NCBI GenBank assembly: GCA_018396815.1
Contig: JAGTQY010000005.1
Coordinates: 7,783 to 71,782 of the forward strand
Direction of reading: 5' to 3'
Source of the DNA: Candidatus Bathyarchaeota archaeon
GTDB lineage: Archaea; Thermoproteota; Bathyarchaeia; 40CM-2-53-6; DTDX01
DNA: 64,000 nucleotides
The notes beneath the pieces are model-generated. The model saw only the letters and a program-made list of their open reading frames with translations. It was not told the origin of the DNA and ran no database searches. The stretch's first letter is position 1. Each line of letters begins with the position of its first letter. Of this stretch, positions 54,551 through 62,979 are shown in pieces. Position numbers and translations under genes: made by a program.

Positions 54551-54898
54551 AAAGTTGAATATAAAGTTGAAGGAGAAGTTAACAATTCTCAATTAATAGG
54601 TAGAGTAGCAATAGGGGATGAAGCGAAAATCTTGAATAGCGAGCTTAGAGGTCCATGCGTTATAGGTAAAAATTGTTTAATACAAAATTCATTCATAGGC
54701 CCATACACAAGTGTAGGCAATCACTCAAAAATTATAAACAGCTCTATAGAGTATAGCATAGTATTAGAGAATGCAACTATAGCGAATGTTGATAGAATAG
54801 AAAAAAGCTTGATAGGTAAAAACGCTAAAATATTAAAAAATAAAGAAAGAAGTATTTTAAAAATTAATGTTGGCGATTACTCAGAAATAGAACTATAA
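54551..54898 (+). pseudogene. C-terminal left-handed beta-helix remnant of a long-form glucose-1-phosphate thymidylyltransferase (RmlA-like)
   Basis: GEVNNSQLIGRVAIGDEAKILNSELRGPCVIGKNCLIQNSFIGPYTSVGNHSKIINSSIEYSIVL shows hexapeptide-repeat periodicity. There is no nucleotidyltransferase domain upstream. Confidence 0.55.
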
Positions 54899-55400
54899 AA
54901 CTTCCATTAAATTAATGAAATGCAAATTCAGCAGCAAGCTGCCTAAAATAATTGGAGTACGCATTTATAGCAATAGAGCGAGAAAAGTTTATGAAGATTC
55001 TTAAATCAGCCAAGCAGCATAGAATACACTTTAAAGAGGAGGAGCGAAACTTAGATGATTAGAAAAGTTGTTGTTCCAGCTGCTAGCTTAAGGATTAGGC
55101 TTGGTTTAAGTTAAAGCATATACTTTGCTGTATTGTTCTGTTAAGAAAAACTTCTAAATGATTAACTTGTTATCCATCAAATAGTTTTCCTTAAGCGTAA
55201 AAGGCTTAAATTGAATGTTTTTTAAAGCATATAAACTATACTGTAAAACCTACAAATATGAAGGCTTTTACAACACTATCTTGTCAGCATTCCATTTCAG
55301 AATATTGGCAAGACTTTATGAAAATTTTATCGTTAAGAAAAAATTTACAAATATAAATGTTAAACGGTTAATTGCTTCGTGCAAGTTTTCACTAAATCAT

Positions 55401-55829
55401 TCACTTTATTTTTCTTCTTATTTCTTGAGGAATAGGATTTTCATATATTAAGCCATACTTTTTAGCTGTTTTTTCTATATGCTTATCGTTAGATACAATT
55501 ATTGGAATATTATTGTTTAAGGCTGTAGCTAAAACTATAGCATCTCCTAAAGGAATATTTTCATCAACAGAAATTTTAAAGCCCATTTTTGAAGGTGTAA
55601 TAACATTTAACCCTTCTGCTATCAACCAGACTTTTCGAGCCACATTTATTCTTGGTCGAACTTTATAATACCAGAAAAGTGTATTATATGCTTCTAATAA
55701 AGTTGTTATTATCACATATATTTCTAAGGATCCTTCAATTCCTTTTTCAATTATTGGCCGCGTATATGGAGTTGCTATATGATTCTCTAAAAGTCCATAA
55801 GAAAGAATATCAGCATCAATTATTCTCAC
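55401..55829 (-). CDS. vapC: PIN-domain toxin VapC
   Basis: MRIIDADIL and PLGDAIVLATAL...IVSNDKH motifs. Overlaps its antitoxin by 4 nt. Confidence 0.8.
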   Translation of the reverse strand: MRIIDADILSYGLLENHIATPYTRPIIEKGIEGSLEIYVIITTLLEAYNTLFWYYKVRPRINVARKVWLIAEGLNVITPSKMGFKISVDENIPLGDAIVLATALNNNIPIIVSNDKHIEKTAKKYGLIYENPIPQEIRRKIK

Positions 55830-56086
55830 TCTTTATACCCTCCATACTTATGCTTACCTCTTTCAGCATCAAAAGTTTTTAATTCTTCATTAACAAAAAG
55901 CTTCACTTCATTAAACTCTTTTAAAAAATCTTTTTTAGACACTTTTCTTAAAACAATTTCATAACCTCTTTCTTCAATCATCAACTCATCCTTCGGCTTT
56001 AGCCTTTTTCTAAATTTAGATGGAATAACTATTCTCCATCTTTCATCAATTTTTACTTTTTCTCCCACTCCCACTCCCCAACCCAT
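55826..56086 (-). CDS. vapB: AbrB/SpoVT-type antitoxin VapB
   Basis: KIDERWRIVIPSKFRKRL motif. Confidence 0.75.
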   Translation of the reverse strand: MGWGVGVGEKVKIDERWRIVIPSKFRKRLKPKDELMIEERGYEIVLRKVSKKDFLKEFNEVKLFVNEELKTFDAERGKHKYGGYKE

Positions 56087-56307
56087 ATAAAATTAGAACC
56101 TATATTTAAATCTTCATATATCGAGTAAACAATTGTTTATATTAAACTTTCAAACTGTAGTGAAGATATTAAATAAAGTTATTTGGAATATGCAACTTTG
56201 CATTTAAGTTTATGATTAACTCATAAACAAGATAAAATAGTTTCAACTTAACAATAATCAAAATATTTTTAAGCATTAAGGTTACTAATTTCTTATAGGC
56301 GTTTTAA

Positions 56308-56886
56308 TTGGCTAAGAAAATTGCTGAAAAAGTTCCAACATGGATTACAAGAATTTTATTGCCTGAAATTAGAGCAATAGTTAAGGAAGAAGTATCGAAT
56401 CAAATAAAAGTTATAGACGCGAAGATTAGCTCATTAGACGCGAAAATATCAGCTCTCGATTCTAAAATAGATGAAAAAACAAAAGCTCTTGATGCTAAAA
56501 TTGATGAAAGAACAAAGGCTTTAGATGCGAAAATTGATGAAAAAACAAAAGCTCTTGATGCTAAAATGTCAGTTCTCGATTCTAAAATAGAAGAAAGAAC
56601 AAAGGCTTTAGATGCGAAAATTGATGAGAAATTTAAGGCTCTTGATGCTAAAATTGATGAAAGAATTAAAGCTCTTGATGCGAAAATAGATGAGAGAACA
56701 AAGGCTTTAGAAAAAGAAATATTATCTTTAAGAAATGAAATGGATTCTAGGTTTTCATCTTTAAGAAATGAAATAAACGCTAGATTTGATTCAATAGAGA
56801 AAAGATTACCGTTAATAGAAAAAATAGCTTTAATAGAAGCTAGAATAGAAAGATTAGAAAAGCAAATGGGAATTCAAATTAAATAA
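56308..56886 (+). CDS. coiled-coil protein built from mixed heptad/hendecad LDAKI(DE-x-TKA) repeats; no known family recognised
   Basis: TTG start. The (L/I)D(A/S)K motif recurs at residues 36, 43, 50, 61, 72, 83, 90, 101, 112 and 123, and related LEKE/LRNE/IEKR motifs at 134, 141, 152 and 163. The spacings are 7,7,11,11,11,7,11,11,11,11,7,11,11. Confidence 0.7.
   Translation: MAKKIAEKVPTWITRILLPEIRAIVKEEVSNQIKVIDAKISSLDAKISALDSKIDEKTKALDAKIDERTKALDAKIDEKTKALDAKMSVLDSKIEERTKALDAKIDEKFKALDAKIDERIKALDAKIDERTKALEKEILSLRNEMDSRFSSLRNEINARFDSIEKRLPLIEKIALIEARIERLEKQMGIQIK
56413..56706 (+). repeat. in-frame tandem 21/33-bp coding repeats (core LDAK units)
   Basis: Units such as aaagctcttgatgctaaaattgatgaaagaaca recur with synonymous and near-synonymous variation. 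A higher-order unit of about 120 bp (7+11+11+11 aa) appears twice. Confidence 0.8.
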
Positions 56887-57085
56887 AAGACATTCAAAAG
56901 CGTTTATTCCTCTTTTAAATGCTTCTACTCTAAGGAATAAAAAAGCTATATAGCTGAAAAGCGCTAAATCTCCTTGAGAGGAAAGCAATTAAATTGAGTG
57001 AAGAAGAAATTTTAACAATTATTAAGCGTCATCCTGAAGTTATAATTGAGGCTTTAGAAAAAAACCTAATGCTTTAACTAATTTA

Positions 57086-57340
57086 ATGCTTAAATTAGCT
57101 CCATGGGATAGATTCGCTACAAAAGAAGATATTAAAATGCTTTTAGGCTTTATGGAGAAAAGATTTGAAGCTATTGATAAGCGCTTTAAAGATTTAAGGA
57201 ATTATTCAGATAAAAGGTTTGAAGATTTAACGCGTTATGTTGATAAGCGTGTAGGCCTAATTGAAAAACTTTTAATAGGCTTTAATATACCAATATTAAT
57301 AGGTATAATAGTAACGCTGGTAAACGTAATTCTCCATTAA
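57086..57340 (+). CDS. small tail-anchored coiled-coil protein (KRF-x-x-L 7/11 repeat family); probable longer form from 56994 interrupted in an A7 run
   Basis: KRFEAIDKRFKDLRNYSDKRFEDLTRYVDKRVGLIEKLL is followed by the TM helix IGFNIPILIGIIVTLVNVIL. The upstream frame LSEEEILTIIKRHPEVIIEALEK joins (K)KPNALTNLMLKLAPW if one A is added at 57058-57064. Confidence 0.55.
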   Translation: MLKLAPWDRFATKEDIKMLLGFMEKRFEAIDKRFKDLRNYSDKRFEDLTRYVDKRVGLIEKLLIGFNIPILIGIIVTLVNVILH

Positions 57341-57720
57341 CAAGCTTTTATGTTAAGGGTTTCTTTAAAACAATAGTTTTAATGGCTCTTTTAAGCCTTA
57401 AAAGGCTTATAATCATGGATTTATAACACATTAAAAATCTTATTTTATGCAAAAAATCTCTATTTATAGTAGCAAATTAATTTTAAAGATGTAGCAAATG
57501 GGCTTGGTTTTAGTAAGCGAAGTAATAAATGCGATACTTTAGCTTGGTATAACGCTGAAAATCAATAAAACCAGCTTCATTTTAACTCATAATTTAAGGA
57601 GGGGAAGGGGGATTATGACGTCATGACGTCAAATGTAAGGAGCCTTAAAAATATAAGCATAAAGGGAAAAAACGCTTAAAAGAGCTTTAGAAAAAGGCTA
57701 ATGATTAAATTGCATATCGC

Positions 57721-58209
57721 TTACAATAAAATTTTCAATTTCTCAATAAATCTTCTCACGTTTTCAATCCAATCTTTCACAGTCTCTTTTGGCAACCAGT
57801 TTTCATAAAAATTTTGATGCAACGATGTTGCAGAGCTCCATAAAGTGCTTAGCTCAAAGTCGTTAGTTTCTTTCCTTAAATTCGCTACAAATTCATGAAG
57901 CTCTCTATGGCTTCTTAACTCCTTTCCTCTTTTTGATGCTATTGCCTTCACCATTTGTGAAGCAGCTCCCCATGCTTTCTCAGATGCTTGAGCATAATCT
58001 CCTTTATTTAAAAATTCTTCCGCTTCCTTCATATATTTCTCCGATAAGAAGGAATGAATTTCAACCTTAGATTCAGGGTCTATAGGCTCTTTAAAAAGCA
58101 TTGATAAAGCTTCCAATAATAATTCTTCATTCGAAACACCCAATTTTTTAGATTCTTCTTCCAACCTCTTTTTAATCTTTTCCGGAAGTGTTAACGAACT
58201 CATTTCCAT
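57721..58209 (-). CDS. PaREP1-family protein (HEPN-related archaeal family)
   Basis: KYMKEAEEFLNKGDYAQASEKAWGAASQMVKAIA...HREL...ATSLHQNFYENW matches my memory of the PaREP1 signature. Confidence 0.65.
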   Translation of the reverse strand: MEMSSLTLPEKIKKRLEEESKKLGVSNEELLLEALSMLFKEPIDPESKVEIHSFLSEKYMKEAEEFLNKGDYAQASEKAWGAASQMVKAIASKRGKELRSHRELHEFVANLRKETNDFELSTLWSSATSLHQNFYENWLPKETVKDWIENVRRFIEKLKILL

Positions 58210-58803
58210 TTCTCCGGTTAGGTTTCTTCTCTAAAGATTCAATTATAGCTTCTGAACGGTGTTTAATAATAGCTAGAAATCTTCTCCCCGCTCATTTATT
58301 TTAAACGCGCTCTTCAAACTATTTTAATGCCTTCAACTATATATAATTTTTACTATGCCTTATCGACTAATAGCTGAAAAGCTGCAATATTGAATTAAGC
58401 ATTAGCTTGATATATACGATGCTCTTTAATAAGCTTCCTTTAAAGAGAGCCCCCATTCTTAAAGGTTGGTTAAGAGAAAAAGAATATTACTAAGAATCAT
58501 TGTTCTTCATGAACATAGTAGTATAATGTATATTATGCAATATTCTCTATTGTAAGGATCTACCTGTTTATCTATTAAAAATTTGCCATTAATCTATTTG
58601 GAGGATGCGTAAAGGATTAATGATGTTAAGGTAGAATTAAAAGCTGGAGTGAATTCAAGCAAGACTAAAAGAGGATGAAATTTAATTCAAAATATGAAAT
58701 ATAAGTGACGAAGTCTCTTGAAAATTTCTTCTCCATAAAAAATACCTTATCTTTTAAAGCCTCAATTAATTAAAAATAAGTGTTTTAAAGGGATTAAAAG
58801 TTT

Positions 58804-58887
58804 ATGAAGATTCTTGTTACTGATGCAAATGGTCTTTTAGGATCTAAAATTGTAGAAATAGTTTTGAAAAAAGGTTTGAAGCGATAG
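58804..58887 (+). pseudogene. 24-codon N-terminal stub of an RmlD/NAD-epimerase-type gene fused out of frame to a KRF-family fragment
   Basis: MKILVTDANGLLGSKIVEIVLKKG is a Rossmann N-terminus. The 20-mer aaaagtttatgaagattctt also occurs at 54981-55000. Confidence 0.5.
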
Positions 58888-59072
58888 ATAAGCGCTTTGA
58901 AGATTTAAGGAATCATTCAGATAAAAGATTTGAAGACATGAATAAAAGGTTTGAGGATTTAATGCGTTATGTTGATAAGCGAGTTGGCTTAGTTGAGAAA
59001 CTTTTAATAGGCTTTAATGTTCCAACATTAGTCGTGGTTATAACAATATTGTTAAGGATTATTATGTTTTAA
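58866..59072 (+). pseudogene. 5'-truncated paralog of the KRF tail-anchored family
   Basis: KRFEAIDKRFEDLRNHSDKRFEDMNKRFEDLMRYVDKRVGLVEKLLIGFNVPTLVVVITILLRIIMF*. There is no start codon. Confidence 0.55.
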
Positions 59073-59149
59073 AAGCATTAAGGATTTAAAACGTTGAAAT
59101 GCCACCATTTATATATTTTTCTTTAGTTAAATATTATGTGGCGGATAGC

Positions 59150-59536
59150 ATGTCTTTTGAGGAAGCTGAAATTCTTCGAAAGCGAACTGAAGCCTTCTTG
59201 AAGAATGCTGAGCATCTCCTTAAAATTGGTGAATGGGATCTAGCAGTTTTCAACCTAGAGCAGTATTGCCAATTGATTTTAAAGTATAAACTTTTGATTA
59301 AAGCAGGCTCATATTCAAGAACGCATTCCTTAAGAAGGTTGATAAGAGAGCTTGCAAGCTTTCATCCTAAACTGCTTTCCCTAGTTGAAGATGAAAAAGA
59401 TTTACATTATATCGCTCGACTTGAAGAAGCATATGTAACTTCAAGGTATATTCCCTACAGTTATGAAGAGAAAGAAGCTCAAAGCCTTTACAATTTTGTA
59501 ACAAGAAGGTTTAAGTTGCTTATGGATGAGGTTTAA
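59150..59536 (+). CDS. HEPN domain protein (intact master copy of the repeated cassette)
   Basis: MSFEEAEILRKRTEAFLKNAEHLLKIGEWDLAVFNLEQYCQLILKY...TSRYIP. The track start 59099 adds an unlikely hydrophobic leader. Confidence 0.8.
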   Translation: MSFEEAEILRKRTEAFLKNAEHLLKIGEWDLAVFNLEQYCQLILKYKLLIKAGSYSRTHSLRRLIRELASFHPKLLSLVEDEKDLHYIARLEEAYVTSRYIPYSYEEKEAQSLYNFVTRRFKLLMDEV

Positions 59537-59541
59537 TAACT

Positions 59542-59838
59542 ATGCAGAAAGAATTTAAGGATTATCTTAATGTAGCTAAACGCGTTAAAGCTATAGTTCA
59601 GGATATAGATCTAAGTGCGCAAGTTTATCTCTTCGGTTCAACAGTCAAGAATAAGGCCACAGCCATAAGTGACATTGACATCCTAGTAGTGACTGAAATG
59701 CTAGAGCGTAAATATGATATAATGGTTAAAGTGTATAAGGCTTTAAAAGAGCCTTTGGAGCTTCACGTTATCAATAAGGCAATGTTCGATGGATGGTATA
59801 GACGGTTTATCTCAAAAGAAGAACTCATAGAGATTTAG
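59542..59838 (+). CDS. minimal nucleotidyltransferase (MNT)
   Basis: YLFGSTVKNKATAISDIDILVV motif. Confidence 0.85.
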   Translation: MQKEFKDYLNVAKRVKAIVQDIDLSAQVYLFGSTVKNKATAISDIDILVVTEMLERKYDIMVKVYKALKEPLELHVINKAMFDGWYRRFISKEELIEI

Positions 59839-60373
59839 CACGCATGATTCTCATACATGCATCTTAGAGAAGTGAACCACCATTCCCCCTGGAGGAAGAT
59901 TCCTGATTTAATGATGAAGCTTGCATGAAAGCCAGTGTTGAAGAACCATTATGTCTTTAAGCGTCTCTTCGTAGAACCTTAGATTCTTGATTCGCTCTTC
60001 TCTCGCTGTTTGCTAAAAAATTTCATTCTAATATTTAACTATAAAATTCTTATTTAAAAACGGAACATTATCATATTAAGCCTAAATGCAATCTAGCTGA
60101 CAGCCTCTTTACATATTTAAGCCTACGATTTTTAATACGCTTTGTTCCTTAAGGTTTAAGCAAGATCCAATTAACCTATGGCGTTGAGAAGCTTATTGAG
60201 TTAGGCCTAAACGTATACGCGGTTAAGATGAGGGGGATGAATTAAGACTGGATATTGAAGCTTCTGAAACCTACTGGAAGACGCTAAGGCTTCTCTATGA
60301 ATTCACTTTAACGCATGCGTATAGCCTGAAAGCGCTAACTAGCTTTATATAAGCTTTTTTACAATAGATCATA

Positions 60374-60787
60374 ATGGCGGTGTTAAAAGCTTTGGCTATT
60401 CGGAAAGAAGCATCGTTATGGATGAAGCAGGCGGAAAACGATTTAAGGAAAGCTGAAAACGACTTAAAGACTTATGATTGGGATTCCGCTGCTTTTTGGT
60501 CTCAGCAAGCAGCTGAAAAGGCATTAAAAGCGTTGCTTCTAAACTTTGGGAAAAGCTATAGAGGGCATAATCTTCTGGAGCTAAGGGATATTCTTAAAAC
60601 TGATGCGGGCCTTGACGTAGGCTTAATTGAAAAAGAGCTTAAAGAATTAACCATACATTATACGATCTCTAGATACCCGAATGCTGCCAACGCTTTACCT
60701 ATTGAGTTATATGATCAAGAAAAAGCTTATGAACTTGTTGAGAAAGCTAGAAAGGTGGTTGAATGGGTAAAGCGATATCTGCATTAA
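60374..60787 (+). CDS. HEPN domain protein
   Basis: AFWSQQAAEKALKALL and HYTISRYPNAA motifs. Confidence 0.85.
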   Translation: MAVLKALAIRKEASLWMKQAENDLRKAENDLKTYDWDSAAFWSQQAAEKALKALLLNFGKSYRGHNLLELRDILKTDAGLDVGLIEKELKELTIHYTISRYPNAANALPIELYDQEKAYELVEKARKVVEWVKRYLH

Positions 60788-61107
60788 ATAGCCAAGAGAA
60801 GATTCTTAAAAGAGCAAGAAAATTCATTGAAGATGCTAAGAAGATCTGTATAAACAAAGGTTTAGTCTTTAGAGAAGCATATCTAATAGGTTCTAGAGCT
60901 AGAGGAGACTATCTTGAAGATAGCGATGCAGATTTAATCTTGCTAGTGGATGGTGTTGAAGGGTTAAACATGATTGAAAGGCTTAAGCTATTTTTTGAAG
61001 CGCTAGCACCAAGAATCGAGTTTACTGTTTATACAACAACCGAATGGCTTGAAAAAGAATCGATTTGGATTAATGAGCTTAAAAAAGAAGCAGTTAAGCT
61101 TGAATAA
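60763..61107 (+). CDS. minimal nucleotidyltransferase (MNT)
   Basis: YLIGSRARGDYLEDSDADLILLV motif. Overlaps the HEPN gene. Confidence 0.85.
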   Translation: MGKAISALNSQEKILKRARKFIEDAKKICINKGLVFREAYLIGSRARGDYLEDSDADLILLVDGVEGLNMIERLKLFFEALAPRIEFTVYTTTEWLEKESIWINELKKEAVKLE

Positions 61108-61303
61108 AGCCATCTATAAACTAAAGTAAAATTACACTTTTATAGACGATGCGCTATAAAACCTCTTTTAGCCCATTTTTCGGCTTTAAGCAAAGATTTT
61201 ATAAAAGCTATAGCAAAGAATGATATAATAATGATGAAGATTAGGCAATACGTTCGCTAAAGTAAGGATATTCAATCCAACTGTTTCTTCTAACTATCTA
61301 GAC

Positions 61304-61603
61304 TTGGAATTGCTTGTTGATGCTGGCAGTACTTATACTTGGGTTAAGCGTGGCAATTTAGAAAAAATAGGTATAAAGCCTATGAATAAATGGAAGTTTA
61401 AGACAATTGAGGGCAAAATAATTGAACGTGAAATTGGTGAAGCTCTTATTGAATGTTTAGGTGAAAAAGTTACTACAATCGTTGTTTTTGCTGAAGAAAA
61501 GGATGCTGAAGTTCTTGGAGTATACTCATTAGAAGGTTTAAGGCTTGAAATAGACCCTATAACAAGGCAATTAAGAAAAGCAGAGACGTTACTGGCGATT
61601 TAA
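61304..61603 (+). CDS. retropepsin-like clan AA aspartic protease (small archaeal AF_0612-like type), N-terminus uncertain
   Basis: LLVDAGSTYTWV is a D-(T/S/A)-G active-site loop in a protein of about 100 aa. The frame is open from 61238 (GNTFAKVRIFNPTVSSNYLDLE), while the ATG ATG at 61231 is one frame off. Confidence 0.5.
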   Translation: MELLVDAGSTYTWVKRGNLEKIGIKPMNKWKFKTIEGKIIEREIGEALIECLGEKVTTIVVFAEEKDAEVLGVYSLEGLRLEIDPITRQLRKAETLLAI

Positions 61604-61928
61604 AAATTGCCATATTGAAAATCTTTTATAAGCCCAGACATAAGCTAAAAAACTTCTTGATTAGGAGCCTAAAGTTTCATTAAAGAATAGCCTAAAATAT
61701 ACGATAGAATGATTTAAGAAAATAGTTTGAATTAATAAGCTAAAGCCTCCTTAATCCTATGTTAGCTTAACTATTGCTTATTAAAATTTTAATGTAAAAT
61801 TAGGTAATTCTTGTTAAGGCTTAGCTTTAACCTTAATTTACGTTGTAAGCTTGCCATAATAACATGCATGGTGAGCACCAAATTTTACTGCGTATGAATT
61901 TTATTTGAAGTATATTGAAAAGGAAGGT

Positions 61929-62045
61929 TTAATTTTTCTCCAGTTCCTCCTTTATTCTAAGTATTTTAAGCTCGTTAACTTCCTCTTTAACGAGTTTCCA
62001 GGTTAATTCTAAATCGACTCCAAAATATCCATGAATTAAAATATC
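61929..62045 (-). pseudogene. C-terminal fragment of a DUF86/HepT HEPN toxin
   Basis: The reverse strand reads DILIHGYFGVDLELTWKLVKEEVNELKILRIKEELEKN*, with the R-x4-H-region pattern (N)ILIH-x-YFGVD. The upstream part is missing. Confidence 0.5.
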
Positions 62046-62195
62046 ATAATCCCCGTATAATCATGAATAGCGTTAAAACTCAATGTTTTTGGAAATTTGG
62101 GATCAAAATAACATAAAAGTAGAGAATTCTTCAGCATTGCTAAGCAATCTTAAAAGATGCGATAACATTTATATTTGGCATTTTTTATGGAATAA

Positions 62196-62489
62196 ATGGT
62201 GAAAAACATGGAGGCAACCATCAAGATAGATAAGCAGGGCCGCATTATTCTTCCGAAGGATGTTAGAGTAGCGCTTGGAATAGAAGGGGAAACAGAAATG
62301 GTTTGCAGGGTTGTCGGAAGCAAAATCATACTTGAAAAGTTCTCTATAGAATCAGCAAAAAAAGCCTTCGCTGAACTGGAGGAAATAGCTCCAAGCCTAG
62401 AATTGGATACCATAGAAGTTGAAGGGGAGGATAAGTATATTGATAGGGAATATGCGCTTCGCAAAATTGGGCTTCGAAGCAGTTGTTGA
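62196..62489 (+). CDS. vapB: AbrB/SpoVT-type antitoxin
   Basis: KIDKQGRIILPKDVRVALGI motif. Confidence 0.75.
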   Translation: MVKNMEATIKIDKQGRIILPKDVRVALGIEGETEMVCRVVGSKIILEKFSIESAKKAFAELEEIAPSLELDTIEVEGEDKYIDREYALRKIGLRSSC

Positions 62490-62958
62490 CGTTGGCATAA
62501 TAGTTCTTGCCCACTTTAAAAATCCTGCCCGCAGACATGCAGCTCAACTACTGCTTGACGCTCTCACCCTTAAGAGGCGCATCCTTATCCCTGTGAACGC
62601 ATATTTAGGCGCCTACATAATCATGACAAGATACCTGAAGCTTAGAAGCGACCATGTAGCAAAAGCTCTGCTAAAAACCTTATCCATTGAATCCCCAGCA
62701 TTCTACGGAAATCTTCCCAAAGCGGTAGCTGAAAAAGCCCTAGCCTCAGCATCAACTTTAAACATATCTTCATGGGACGGTTACCTAATAGAAACAGCCA
62801 AAGAACTCGAAATTAACAAAATATACACAATAGACGAGGAACTAAAAAGGAAAATAAAGGATATAGAAATCGAAAACCCTATTCCCCAAAACATTATGGA
62901 AGAATACCACCAATATATACAAGAAAAATATCGTAGCGAAAACTTTCAAAAACCTTAA
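62452..62958 (+). CDS. PIN-like toxin (divergent)
   Basis: Acidic positions in VVDVG, SWDGYLIETA and IYTIDEEL fit a PIN layout. The Met at 62452 is preferred. The gene overlaps its antitoxin. Confidence 0.5.
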   Translation: MRFAKLGFEAVVDVGIIVLAHFKNPARRHAAQLLLDALTLKRRILIPVNAYLGAYIIMTRYLKLRSDHVAKALLKTLSIESPAFYGNLPKAVAEKALASASTLNISSWDGYLIETAKELEINKIYTIDEELKRKIKDIEIENPIPQNIMEEYHQYIQEKYRSENFQKP

Positions 62959-62979
62959 TTTTTACTGCTTTTAGAATTT

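Noticed and set aside
55215-55451. 78-aa plus-strand ORF running into the 3' end of vapC 55401-55829
   Set aside because: AT-rich, Phe/Tyr/Lys/Asn-biased translation typical of random ORFs in AT-rich spacers, with no motif and no RBS.
56413-56706. Treating the 33-bp tandem repeats as a non-coding VNTR or degenerate CRISPR
   Set aside because: The repeats are contiguous with no spacers. They stay in one open frame and vary mainly at synonymous or conservative positions. They are coding.
62150-62547. Two minus-strand ORFs (62150-62464, 62344-62547) overlapping the AbrB/PIN-like pair
   Set aside because: Ser/Leu/Ile-rich low-complexity translations antisense to a gene with a clear AbrB motif (KIDKQGRIILP).
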